A stretch of 64,000 nt of DNA, taken from positions 21,594,871 to 21,658,870 of the forward strand of contig NC_092676.1 of the NCBI RefSeq assembly GCF_964355755.1, given 5' to 3'. This DNA comes from Antedon mediterranea. Taxonomy: Eukaryota > Animalia > Echinodermata. Shown here one piece after another: positions 1 to 14,014 of the stretch. The position numbers and the translations under genes are program-made. Within the stretch, counting starts at the first letter, position 1; each line of letters starts with the position of its first letter. Below the pieces are notes generated by a model, which saw only the letters and a list, made by a program, of their open reading frames with translations, searched no databases and was not told where the DNA came from.

Positions 1-375
1 GGATACCGTTTAAACTATTTTCTACACATTAATATTGATTGAAATATTATGGTTGAATGATTTTACTGTAGCTGACGGGGAATTAACGATAGTATACAGT
101 TATTATTTGAATATTATACCAAATTGCTTCACTTTGTGTGAACAAATAAATTGTCTAATCTGTAAATATTATCTAATCCAGGATAGTTGCACCAAATTAA
201 ACTGAGTAAGATTTGGGTGTTTTAAATGAGCTGTCAAACGTCGCCAACCGACGACCTGTTAAATATTTTCTCAGGAGACGAGAATTAATTAGGAAGATAC
301 GAAATATAGAATTACTCTCAGGTGATAAATTTATATGATAATCTATAAATATTTATGCTAATATAATATTATATA
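1..375 (+). repeat. Diverged copy of the patatin gene 3' flank/3'UTR (~9090-9490); probable tail of an upstream paralog
   Basis: Colinear shared blocks: aatattgattga..ggttga (31-57 vs ~9122-9147), aattaaactgagta, tgagctgtcaaacgtcgc, aaatatagaattactc-caggtgataaatttat, ataaatattta-gctaatata. Confidence 0.8.
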
Positions 376-1446
376 ATGGTGCCATTAAGTGATACACCCA
401 TATACGTACATTTATGTCTACTGTTCATCTTTATCATTTATAATTACGACAGGGATGGTATGGTAATATTGGAGAGTTTCTTTGGTACAGTTTTTCTAGA
501 TTTACATCTTAAATCCGTAGAAATTATTTAATCTAAAAATAGAATCTTTACATTACATATGGATGTTTTTGCAAACATACAGCCGATTTTTCACTGCTAT
601 GACTGGTGTAGGATCAGAGCGAATGAGGAGTTTAATAAACTCCATCTATTAATGATTCTAAATGCATGGGATATAAAGGATTTAAAAACCAATATTTATT
701 TTTTGTTTGGTTATGTAAAATTATGATTGGTGGTATATTCGTCAACACGAATGTCACTTTACGAATTAAACGATCGTAATTTTGAGAATCCGATTACAAA
801 TAGTATTTACCAATATCTCCTTTGATATGATATGATATTATGATTATAATACAAAGTGAACGGAACATAATATAAATGGCGATAGATAGGAGAACACATA
901 ATTGTGTGTTATGCTTTATCAACGACAAATTCAATCATTAACAGTGGTGAGTACGATTTGGTCACAAATTGTGTGTCAGTATGTTTACATCGGTAACACC
1001 TCCAGCCCAACGGGCAGCACTATAAACTTACGTTAACGGTTTTTTTCCCATAGATTTACGTAAGCAAAGAAATACATTATAATTAGTTATAATAATTAAA
1101 GTACAACTTAGTTGATTATCTTCTCAAATGGTTAATCTTTTTTTATTGGCTGAAGTGCGACACCTTTCTTGTATACGGTTGTTGAGGTGGTGAGTTTATT
1201 AATTCGTCAACGAATCTTTTATACGATTCTACACCTGAATATGTGTATGCAAATTGCCCTTGCAGTTCGGCTTACAATACCCGTCACGTCACACCTACGA
1301 AACCAGAACCATATTAGCTTGAATATTAGAATGCGGCTCTGTACCAAACCAAAATAACGAAACATCCACCGATATTGATACAATCAGTTTTGAGGTAATC
1401 GGTTTTTTTTACTCCAGCCTACCACACCATTCTACTTTCTTTATAT

Positions 1447-1482
<36 letters not shown>
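1447..1482. repeat. (TC)n microsatellite
   Basis: Directly visible. Confidence 0.9.
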
Positions 1483-2234
1483 AACTCTACAGTTGATATA
1501 CATAGGCCTAAATATATCGTCAGGTCATCTTCAATATAAAATAGGATATAGCTACGATTGATATAGGATGGACCATTGTTACGATCCTCTAATTTACAAT
1601 TAGTCAATACAAAAATATCATGATAATAAAATAAAAAATAACATAGGTATTCAATAGTTTGTCAACAAAATTGTTGTCATTAGAGTGCATTATTATAGTA
1701 ATCTTTATATTCATTTTTATCAGTACCGGCACGTATACTGAACGAATTGGAAGCGGAAACCGCTAGGCCTAGTCCGAACTCGGTACCCAGCCAACAGTTC
1801 ATTGTACTAGGATTACACGACTTAAATTCCTGTTATTATCACGAACTCAACAAAGTAAAATTGGATATTATTGTAAAGAATAAAAAATAATATGTTAGGT
1901 AATTTTTTCAATTCACTTGGCCAGTCATTTAGATTTTTACTAGTTTGTGCTTGTTCATTTTATCGTTTATGATGTTATGATGTATTGTATGTTTCTAACG
2001 TTTTGATGTTATTTTATGCTATCTTTTTTATTCATTTTAAATAGTTTAAGTACCTTTTAATAATGTTAAAAATTGTCACAATTCCGTTTTTCTGTGAAGA
2101 TGATTTTAATAAATATACCATTATGAATGAATGAATGAATGAATGAACAGTAACAATCTAGCCCTCTTTTCCATCTTTTAAAATATTACTTTTTTGTGCA
2201 TTTCAGTACCTACGCTAATATCTACTTCCACAAT

Positions 2235-5200
2235 ATGGCTACAAAGCCAAGGGTTAGAGATTTGGACCATGAGGAGTTAGCAACTTTAAGAGGCGTTGAT
2301 GTTTCTGACATTAGGATTCCAAGTGACCTTTTAGAAAATGTCAAAGAACTTGCAAAGTATGAATATCCTTACCGCAATCTGATTTTCGGAGGTGGTGGAA
2401 ATCGACTGTTCGCGTATGCAGGATCTTTACAGGTAATAATATAAACAAAATAAAATCTATTATTAAACATTTATATTCCTAATTCTTACAGTACACAACG
2501 ATTTCTTACCACGTAAAGTGAAACCAGCATACAGTATTAGCATATATATATAGAATGTGTCTTTATTATTATTATTATCATTTCGGCCGACGTATATTTT
2601 AAAGTTGGAAAACGAACTTTGTAGTGTAAATCTTGTAATTGAATTTGTATGGTTACCACTATTACTATTGCTGCCTCCACTACAATTTAAGTAGATGCGA
2701 AAAGTAAAAAAAAATGTTTCATACTGTAAAATATCATCGTAATAAACCTGCGATTTTTTTCGAGCCCCATGGTAAGAAAGAAGAGTTGCGATAATGACCA
2801 AACTGTATTAATCGCATTCGAAACTGACAAACAAGTCAATAGAAAAAAATATACATGATATTGTGTACGATTGTTTTTTTTTCTAGGTTCTTCAAGATGT
2901 TGGTATATTACCTAAGGTCACTAGATTCGGTGGAACTAGTCTAGGAGCATTGACAGCATGCTTTGCCGCACTTGGACTAACCCCACATCAGATGGTAGTG
3001 GAAGTGGAGAAAGCAAGATGCAACATTGAGAAAATGTTACTCGGTATGACATTAACGTTTATTGTTGAAAAAAACTGTCCATCGACAATATTATCTCTTT
3101 GAAAATATACGTAAAAAGTTCAATAAATAACAACTTTAAAAAAAGGTTACAAAACCGTTGCATTTTCTTTGATTTATGATTATTATTCATATTTTACAGA
3201 TGCTCGATGGGGGATTTTCAGTTTATACTTTAACTTAAAGTCTGATTTTGGCTGGCATCCAGCTAATGCTTATACAAAATGGCTTGAAGGAAATATAGAA
3301 GACTACGGTGGTAAAGGAAAACTGACGTTCAAGGAGGTAAATAGCTAGTTAGTTTTGTGTATACAAGATGACAAAGCTCTTGTCGACAGGAGACGAATAT
3401 GATACCAAGTTAAACTATTCATATTTAATATCTTTCTATTCGACAGTTGTATGATCAGACCGGTAAAGAGTTGTGTTGTGTTGCAACTAACCTCAATCTT
3501 ATGGCTGCCGAATACTGCCATGTGAAAACCACCCCGGATATGCCGATCATTGTGGCCCTGAGAATGAGTATGTCTTTACCGGGTAAGTTGTGATTAGGCC
3601 TCATTTGTAATACGTTGGATCATCCGAGGCGTCTGTATCGATATTATAATAAATATTTATTATCTTGGTTGTTTTAAAGTAATACAAAGTTGTCCGAAAT
3701 AGAATTTCACCTTGCGTTTCCATGTTAACATCCAATAATTAAGTGATAATGAAAGTAAGGTGTAATGCAGCCATTCGTTGACTGTGTTATACCTTATTTT
3801 ACAGCATTGACTTCACTTAATTTGTAAAATTAGAATTGCAATGATTTGCATATATTATGCTTTAATATTTTCACTGCCTGACGTTATCTCTGTAGTTGTG
3901 TAGCTTCTATTAATCTATTTAGTTTCCTTTAATACCATTTCTAAAATTGTAGCGCTTCTGTGTGCGGTAAAGTATACGTTGAGAGACCACGAAGATGTGT
4001 ACGTAGATGGAGGCCTGCTATGTAACTATCCAATCCATGTTTACGACGGTAAGAAGATAATTCCAATATTTTACTTTTTTCTAAAAACATTAATATAATA
4101 AAAAAAAATGCAAATTAGGTTTATATCATTTTACTATACAACATAATATAATATGAAATTTGTTTTCAGATTCAGATTCAGCAGGATTGTTTCAATTAGT
4201 GTCTACTTAAACATATCTTCTAACTAATTAATGGTCAGTTCATAAATAATACATTGGTTTTAAAGCTTTTCGCTTTTTGGCACAGTAGTAAAATTGAATG
4301 AAAAATGCTAAGCCCTCTTATATCCGCCTATCCATTACCAACACAACAAAAGACCAATCTCTAATAAACATAGGTGACCTAATCGCATAATATCAATCGC
4401 TCAATGGTAAGTTAGAATCAATAAATAATGGTGCATGATAAAATTAAAAATAAAGCCATCTAGTTATTTCCAAGGTTGGTGGTTGTCAATGGAAAAGGAC
4501 AATACGTTCTTCAAACGATTACAACCGGCGGCATCAATTCCTATGATGTTTAATACCAAGGAACGGTTCAAAGAGAAGAACAAGGAGACACTTGGACTGG
4601 GTTTAGTGAGTTTGGACATATATTATTTTTTTTATGGTTAATCCATTCATAATTTATTCATTAATTTTAATTTTGAAATGCTAATCACTTCATGTAGAAT
4701 GAATATCCTTATAGGAATTTTTTATTTAGAATTTTAAAGACGACTTTAGAGAATTCGAGGTTTATTTTCCTTATTTGTGATAGTAGATTTGATGTTGGAA
4801 AGGAGCAAGAAAGTTTGGAAAAACTCTATAACGCATACAAACAAATAAGGAGATCGTCTAACTTATTTTTATTCCATTTAGGAACATGGATATATAAACG
4901 CAATTATTATGTAACAAATTGAATTGGGTAACTCTGTGGGTTGAATCCATTATAGTTTTTAATATGATACATTTTGATTAGTTCATTAATGTTCATTTCG
5001 TGTTAGATATTTAATTATATTATTTTTTTCAGTACACCGAGAGTGAATCTAGTCTTATGCAACTTCAATTCAACGAAAGGAACAAAGGAGAATTTGCAAA
5101 AATTCCAGATACGAAACTTGCAAGGTAACTATGTCATTATTATTAAATTGCAATTCTTTGATCATGGACATTAATCGGCACGTTCTTAATGTGTCAAGAA

Positions 5201-8200
5201 TGCACATACAACGGAATGCATTGTTGCATTGACACTATATATATATATATATATAGATATATATTTGTTTTCGTTCTATGAGCTCTTGGATTAGGATTTT
5301 TTCTCTCTCTTTTGCTATGGATATATTATGCCACTATGGTATTCCGAAATAAAACCTAAATGAATGAATGAATGAATGAATATTCATTAATTTCACAGAA
5401 TCCCACAACAATTCCAAGCACAAACATTAGTTAACTTAATATATAAAACTTTCTGGCGGATTGTTAAAAAATATTTATATATCCGGCAAAAAGTAAAGTT
5501 AAAAACATTTACGATTCTTCGTTACCACATTTTAGTTATGTCTATATTTCACGGGTACAAATATACATATAATTATAGATTTCAGTTTTTTAACCAACAC
5601 ACACCGTGGGCATAAGTCTTGATGATTTCTATGTGAACGGTTTCTAAACTTTAGTAACGATAAAATATGTTTTTGTGTGATAATTTAACTCCCGTAAATC
5701 GAAAACATTTCAGTACAAAATAATGAAAATTCTTAATTGATTCAACTTTAAACAAGTTAATAAAATATAAATACATTGCAATATTTAGAAATTTTAAATT
5801 TGAACCATTCATTCATTCATTGATGGAAATATCATTCGCATTTAAATGTATTTATTTATATTATATAAACATGACATTTTCAATGTGTGTTATACTCTAT
5901 AGTAATATATACATTGAAGATTGCCTTCCTCAAAGACGCAAATACAAAAACAGGGCAAAGTGCAATGAACAAATATAAAATCAAATTCATTCTTGTAAAT
6001 GTACTGCCCTAATAATAACAGCTGGATTGAAAATGTTGCAGAACCGGTTAGTACCAGATATGTCACTATCGGGTTAGCATTTGTAACTGTAAGCTGACAA
6101 GTTATTTAGGCTAACAATAATAATTATTATTTGTGCATTATAGAGATAGAAAAGATGTTATCAAAAACAAGGTTTACAGAGCAGAAGATGAGTGTAAACA
6201 GTTGACATCTGCATTTGTCAAGTTTTTTCAAGTAATCGAAAAGTTTGACAAAGATAACAACGGTGATCTTAGTTTTGCAGAGTTCAGTGATATATTCAAA
6301 TGTGTAAGTTATTATTCTAATTGAAGCTTGTTTACCAGAACCTTCATATCAAAGTGTGCCACTGTTACAAAAGTGTATGTTCAAATAAATTATTATTATA
6401 GAACCTTGTCATTTTTTTGTTAAATAATATCAAAAGCTTCCAAACACACAGGTAAAATACGTACTGGACATCTATCGTAATTTATACGCATTTACAATTG
6501 ATTTGAGAGAGGTAAACGTTAGTAATTTAAATCGTCTTCTGATCATCTATTCTAAAGGTTAAGTAGACATGGCGATGTCATCCTCTTAACTATACCTAAA
6601 GTCTACTGCCTTGTTCTCCTTGCCTGCTGTGGGTATCTGTTGCTGTGTTTTAGATCGTGTTTACAGGCTTGGTTATACTTATTAACTTTAATGATGTAGG
6701 CATTTTTATCTCGCCTCTTAATAGAATACGGATGATTTTACACAAGAAGATTATTGTACGTTATTTGGGAAAGAAGATGTTAAAACCGTATTCGACAAAA
6801 TCGACAAAAACAAGAATGGAACGGTAAGTATTGTATGCGTATGATTGTATGCGTATGACAATCAGTTTACACCACAAACAAACGCACACTTAAAAATAAT
6901 ATTTCGGGGTGGTGTATATACATATGGCAACAACATTTCTAAATGTCCAAGTCCAAGTATTACTTTGATTTAGGAGGGCTACATTTTTTCACTTAAGGAC
7001 TCGTAATTAAAATGAAAACTACAGTTTATAACAGCCGAGCCTTTTAAGTCGAGACTATAGACTTTACCATAACATTTTAATTATTTGTTAAAATCTGTTC
7101 AGCTCCATTCAAGAGAAATCTTAGATTACGTTGAGAGCAAAGGTGTTCACATGCTGGCGGAGTTTATTGGATATCGACGGCAAGTTATTACAGGATTTGG
7201 TAGCTATTTGACGGCCTTACAAAATAGTGTTTTCAACCATGCTATGCGAGAATACGTTGAGGTTAATAAGATAATTATAAACCATACTTTACTTGTTATC
7301 GTCCCCTTAAAAATAGCTTTCTTTTAATTAATGTAACATAACAAATATTCTTTACTTTATAAGCGAAATCATGTTGTTGTTGATTTGTTTTAATTAATTT
7401 ATCTTTATTTTGTTTTAGAAAACAATACATTATTACATACGTTATTATTGCAGGAAAGAAATGCATTGGTGTAATTACGCCTTGAAAATATAATATTGGT
7501 TGTATTATACACTATATCAATAATTGCAGATCAAGTTTGTCATAAGCCATTTTATCTGAAAGGAAAATGTAAGCCTTTATTTTCCTTTTCGTAGCCAACT
7601 GATGTGAAACGTACTGTTGGTGTAGATACTTATTATGTTAACGGAACGGACTTTGCTATTGAAATTGGAGACAGGAATTTTCTGTATGAGGTAGGCCTAC
7701 AGTATTTTAAATAAAAATAGGCCTAATCTCCTTTTTTGCGTCTCAAAAAACTTAATCAAAGCGTCTTTCTATCGATATCCTAGACCCAGTAAACAGTGAT
7801 TTGTATAATAGATACACCATCGATATATTAAACTACTAGATGGTCGCATGCAACACAGCTGTAATCACAGCTATAAGAAAAAGCGAGCCACTAGTATCAT
7901 GACTTGATTAGTCGGTGAAGAAGAATCGGATATGCCAGTTCTTTTTTTCATTATATCGTTTGTATGAATCGTGTGTGTAATTGTAAGAACCGTCTTTGAA
8001 ATGAGTCAAGCGTTCATTGTTTGAACGTATACACATCACAGTCGGTTGCAATCATCATTTCTATGTTGATGTGCCCAACTTGTCCACATTTGACCAACAA
8101 GAAGTGACAAGATGCCGTATGTCATTTGATCAAATTATTTTCGTTGCGTGAAGCAGAAGAAATTAATTACACAGATTTGTTTTGTTTATGCGCATTAGAG

Positions 8201-9018
8201 TTAAAGGTTCATAAACGGAGTTTTTTATATTCAGAATCATATTTTAGTGCTCGGTTAACCCTTCTTATGCGTCCATGTTGTTAACTTCGATAAATCTCTT
8301 TTTATAGAGGTTGAGCTCGCTTCGCTCGCTCCCCCTCTAGGAAGTGTAGACGATGGTTCTCGGAATGATAATGATTCGGGTAAAACGGTTTTAGAAGGAC
8401 GTTCTCCTTGTACGTTTTCTGTCGGTTACCATTATTGAAAATGCTTGACATTCGTAAAACTAAACCTACGCTGTTAAGCACATTTTTAAGTATAGTGTTT
8501 GTTTGGTAGGGCCCTTATAGGGTGGAAGGGGGAAGGCGGAGTTCATTTGTGGGAGGTGCTTATTTGAGGGAATATGTTTAATTTTTTAGTTTTAATAATA
8601 TGGAAATATAATACGGAAAATATGAGATAGATCAGGTAGGTATCCAAGGCAGAGAATTGTACCGAAGTTTTTCCATTGTGCTCGCCTATGTCGGAATTAA
8701 CCATATTATTTTATATACCTCAGATATAACTCCGATAGTTTCGAGATTTGTATCGGATTTACTAGCTTTATCAAACGCGTTTGAACGCAATACAAGTTCA
8801 ACCGATTCAAGCACCGTGTTATTAAATCCGAATATGCGACCAAAAAATTATAACATTGGAAATAAGGAAGTGTATCAATAGAATTTTGCACAGGTGAATT
8901 TTGAAACATCACTTCATTCAATTATATATTTTTTATTTTACAGCAAGGATTTCGGGCAACGGTTGCTTTTCTCGAGGAATACGTCAAGAATGAAAAACCA
9001 AAAAAGAAAAAGAAGTAG
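2235..9018 (+). CDS. Patatin-like phospholipase with two EF-hand loops, 12 coding exons, ~511 aa
   Basis: Exons 2235-2432, 2887-3043, 3200-3336, 3447-3582, 3953-4048, 4475-4605, 5033-5124, 6144-6303, 6725-6823, 7103-7261, 7595-7690, 8944-9018. All introns are GT-AG and phase-consistent (1536 nt, no internal stop). Motifs: Gly-rich loop FGGGGNR, nucleophile elbow GTSLG, ALRMSMSLP, catalytic YVDGG, EF loops DKDNNGDLSFAE and DKNKNGTLHSRE, C-terminus KPKKKKK*. Confidence 0.92.
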
Positions 9019-11963
9019 ATTGAATTTGGGGTTAAAAGATCATCACTAAAGTAGAAGATTACGGTACTGCAGAAAAAACAAGTTAATATTAAGTTAAATT
9101 TGTTTGGTGCACCTATTTTAAAATATTGATTGAGATAATACGGTTGATTGATTTTTCTATAGGAGAAAGTGCATACTAGTATTCTCACTGGAAATGAAAC
9201 GATAATTATACAGCTATTTGAATGAGTAATACGATATTAAATTTAGTTACTATAGTGTGAAAAAAAAAATGTCGACTCTCTTATCTAATCAGTTATCAAA
9301 TTCAATTTCATCATAAATTAAACTGAGTATGTTTTCTTATTCTTTTAACTGAGCTGTCAAACGTCGCTGGCAGGTTAAATATTTCTCTGGAGTCGAACAT
9401 TAATTAGAAATTTAAAGATACGGAAAATATAGAATTACTCCCAGGTGATAAATTTATTTATACGATTTATAAATATTTAAGCTAATATATAAACTATATA
9501 AACTAAATAACATTGCAAATTACATGTTCTAGTTCATTACCATAATATCATTACGGTATCACACGAGGTATCATGTAAAAAGTGAGAGCTTCTGCGTGTT
9601 TCATTAGAAACATTAGATGATCATTTACCTACTTTCACATTCATAACTAACGTGCAAAATTTCCAACCCTGTTCGAGTAAAATTAAAGTTAAATTATTGT
9701 ATTGTACTTTTACATTTGTGTCCTAAAATAATACAAATAAGTAAATTGGTACTTACTATTTATTAATAATTACTATCTATCCACGCAAAGTTGCACTAAG
9801 TCACAAGCATAACTTTGTAAAATTTCTTTATCAAAAATGTGTGTATTGTGTTTTTTCGAAGGTCTGTATATTGATTTATTTTTTTTAGTTTTAGCAGAGA
9901 GAATGTAAGATTTTTTCCTTATGTTATGGGTTTTACCTGATTTTACAATATTGTGTAGGCCTAAATAATATAATATAATAATATACTATTGTATATACTT
10001 TATCGATTGATTTAATTAAATTAGTTGTAAATTTAATTTATGAAATGCGTAACAAATACCTAAAAAGACTCTTGTTAAGTTAATTGTGTCAGCATAAGAA
10101 TTCTTTACCATTGCATGTATGTATTATAACTTAATCTACACCCCAAATGCATCTTTAATACGATTATGATCACTTTTACAATACTTGATTCACAAAATAC
10201 AAATTATACAGGTGGTATTTTCACATTATTGTTAACACACATTGATTTATAAATCATAGTAACGCGTATTTAGTTACATCCTGCAGGTGAAAATATCTCT
10301 TAATAATTGTTTACTGGTCATCCATTGGCAGTTTGCTGGACAGTGAGTTTACAACATCGTAACGGTTGAAAACAGGAAAAGTTACAATGTTCCAAAGAGC
10401 GCCTCGTAAATCCTTGTATTATATTGAGGGCGGTACACTTAATGATCTTTATTTTTCTTTATCTTTTACAAGTTTTCAATAACCAACAAAAGTTAAGATA
10501 CATGATATTCATCAAAAGCAAAGGCCAGGACAACCCCATAGAAGAATAATATAGGACCTGGGTAACAAAAGAAGAAATTATTTCACGATTTAAACTAAGA
10601 AATCATGGGTCGGGTAATTGGTTTTTAAAAATGTTATAATTTGGTCTTAATCAAATATCACCAAATCACAGGAAAAAAAGAGTTCATTCATCTATATATA
10701 AATTTACGTAAGGGCAAAATTCTGTAAATCGCGTGTTATTTCTAGAATGTTTACTCGATGGTATATAAAGTTGGATAGAATCTGGGTACTGATTTTAACC
10801 ACCTGATGTAACCCTGTTTACTAATTAAATTTAGTTAGATAATTAGTTATTGACAATTAAAACGAATTTAGGTTCAACGCTTTGCCCCAAATAGGGGTGT
10901 TTTCCGATCGTGGTATACACTGTCTAATGGATGTGCTCATAAAAAAATACCTGCACACAATAATACGAGGATACTTCGCATTTTCCTATCTCCTCCTACG
11001 ATAATTGTTGTTAATAGCTGAAAAGTGGTTGAACAGCTCGAGTACAGTATATCATAATGTTGAAGACAGGCCGATTTTCTTTAAAAAATACTATTTTGAT
11101 AGATTTAATATACCTTTATGCAAATGTATTGATTTGCGATGAATGTAACATTCCAATCTCCCAGTTTTTAGGTAAATTTATGAGCCCTTGGTTTAACACA
11201 AGTCGATAAATGTATGGGCCTTGGAGAATGAATCTTATATATAGTATTGCAATACTTTTACAATATTGTAAATACTGTATGTATTAACCATTTTTGGTCG
11301 CCATTTGAATAGAAATTGTCTTACTGTGAATGTGGTTACGGTTAGATATATAAACAAAATATAAAAAGAACATTTTTATTACTGTGACTGTGGGTAGATT
11401 ACTGACAGTTGCTTCTCAACGTTTGTATTAATTAATAATTATAAAAAATATAAACGTCGTAGTGATGTCGTTACATGGACTTTACTATTTCAATCGACTA
11501 TAACAGGGACAGTTTTAAAAAAGTATTATAAATCGTAAATTAGCGTGAAATTCTAATTTAATTGTTTAATAAAATAACATTTTTATTGGGTTACAATGGC
11601 TGTGGTAAAAGCGGCGTTTGGATGCGAGGTCATAGCTAGGAAGGCTAGGCGCGCCACGAGACATGAGAGGGAGAGACTGCCGGTCTTCGCGCAAGGGTGC
11701 GTAACTAATATTAAACGGCTATGTTTGTTGAACACAGGATATTCGTAAAGTGAACCATAGGTGAAAATACGGGAGCCACATTTCTATGTACAGTATTTCA
11801 CATTCACTTAGCGTATTAATTTCTTAGCGTATTCATTTTCTTAAACATATCCATTTCTTTTCTTTACTCATTTTAGGCACAATCATAATCATGTGTTTAT
11901 ATAAAGATGATTATGCGTGTGCTACAGTAGGCCTAAGCGTTAGTTTTACTCGAATATTTTCAG

Positions 11964-12511
11964 ATGACGTGAGGGCATATATGTATAACTTCGAGTAGAA
12001 ACTGGCGACGAGATGACCAGAAGAGCAAAGTTTGCATTTATCACATGGATAGGACCCGCTGTTAGCCCGCTAAAGAAGGCTAGGGTCAGTACAGATAAGG
12101 CCTTTGTAAAAGAAATAATGTCGGTAAGTTTCCTGAAAACAAAAATGGTTTATACAATATACACACAGAGAGATAGAGAGACAATAACCCAAAATGTGCT
12201 GGTATTCCTACTATTCCTATTCCTGGGGGATTGGTTTATAAACTCCAATTGTAGAAACTCTAAATAATAGCACTTAGTTCGTAGGTGCTATTGATCGTCC
12301 CATTTATTTATCTGTTTTCCAATGTTTGTTTCTATTTTAGAATTTTACGAAAGAGATTTTGGCAGATGAGAAATCCGAAGTGAAGTTGGAAACAATAGCA
12401 GATATATTGAATAAGGCGAGTGGCTGTAGGCGTACAAAAAGAAGCGACATTACTAACTTTCTTACTTATTTCTTTCGTTTCTTCAGCATGTCGGAAGAAT
12501 CAGCAACCTAA
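11964..12511 (+). pseudogene. COTL1: Coactosin-like (ADF-H domain) gene; two exons seen, frameshifted, N-terminal exons not found
   Basis: Exon 11964-12123 reads DDVRAYMY[+aa]LRVETGDEMTRRAKFAFITWIGPAVSPLKKARVSTDKAFVKEIMS; exon from 12341 reads NFTKEILADEKSE..LNKASG. These match coactosin [36 protein letters not shown]. Two extra bases at 11987-11988 break the frame (could be an assembly error). Confidence 0.75.
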
Positions 12512-14014
12512 ATAGTTTATATAATATTGTTAGTTTTTGTTATAAGTATATAAAAACAACTGAAAAATACATCGGAAAAATGCTATTTATAAATTATTTA
12601 TTTTGTCTTATGTTGCTTGTATGTTCACGTTGGTAAGAATTAAAGTATAAACGGTGTTAAATGCCTACGTATCAGTTTTATTTGCATATATTAATAGAAT
12701 ACTACTGCAGGTGTATGTACGTACTTTCATCGTCAATGCACGGTAAGCGACTGGAAAACAAGACTAACGGCGGTTTAAGCTTGACACACATGAAAACAAC
12801 AACCATATTCTTTGCTAGTAGCAAAGAATATAACATCACAAGAATGAGTAATCCGCGATTTTCCCTGTAACAGTAATATTGTCCATGTGGTAGGGCGCCG
12901 CCATGAGTGAGGATGTATCTGGGACGTATACAACTTTTTGTGACGGTTTCACTAATCAAAGGCTGGACCACCGGTATTTTCATGCTAAAAAATGTTATCA
13001 ACTACATGCCAACATCATGTTAAATGCTATTTGGATATTTAATTGTTCGTTTTATGCAATTTATTTAGTAAAAACTGCCGTATAAACAGTTCGCTTTATC
13101 AACCGGGCGCTACGATAGCGTGACCGGGCGTGTTGGTTTTTACGCGTTTTCACGAAGGATAGTTTAATAATATTCCTATATTTAACTTGTTTCTGGTAAA
13201 ACAAATAAATTTTAATGACATTTAACATTTTATCCTATTAATAACACGTATTTTATACTAATTTATATCATAAAAACAATACTTAATTTACCGGGCGTAG
13301 TGTAGTACGTGGTAAAGAATAGGCCGATTCGTTGATTTTAGGTGTGGCTGTATTAGGCCTTTTTTGTGAACTAATTTAGCATGTTAGTAAATAATTGTCT
13401 GTAAAAGTAAATGTACACTAGTTTGTTAATAAATATGTATTATAAAATAGTTTACAATTGCAAAATATATTATCATAATTCTATGTAATATAATAAATAA
13501 TAATAACTTTATTATTTCTCTTTTATAACAGAGGCACAATTCTCAAGAGATGTGCAAAAAAAAAAAATAAATATGGACTTATCTTTACTACACACTCAAA
13601 TACAAACATTATAAATTATTACATTAAAAAGTATATACACATTAGGTTATAAAAATACATTCAATACATTTAACTTAACTCGGACATTGCCGACTGCCTT
13701 ATGAAACGTACTGGTAGACTGAGACCGCCACGGGGATCCACTGAACGCCATCATCTCTCCTTCCTCCCAAGGGGCATACGAGACTATAATGAAACATTTC
13801 AAAGATAGGGGAATTTATTACGAATACACTATTTTTGTTATTATTATTATTATCACACTTATGTTTTATGCCTATCATTTCTCTTTCCTTTACGGCATTG
13901 TTATAAGACAGCAACACAATTTCCCAAGTTGGGATGAATAAAGTTTCCTTGTATCCGTGTATCCTTGTATCCTTGTATCCTTGTATTTGAGCGAAAAGTA
14001 AAAGATTGTGTTAT

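Noticed and set aside
1724-1898. Possible non-coding first exon of the patatin gene (donor gtaat at 1899, acceptor at 2206)
   Set aside because: Plausible but cannot be supported without transcript data
7779-8345. Intronic element with a gctcgcttcgctcgct motif
   Set aside because: Looks repeat-derived but I could not define a TIR or TSD
10440-10613. Possible first exon ending ATG GGT CGG|gtaatt
   Set aside because: Too short to assign and not recognisably a coactosin N-terminus
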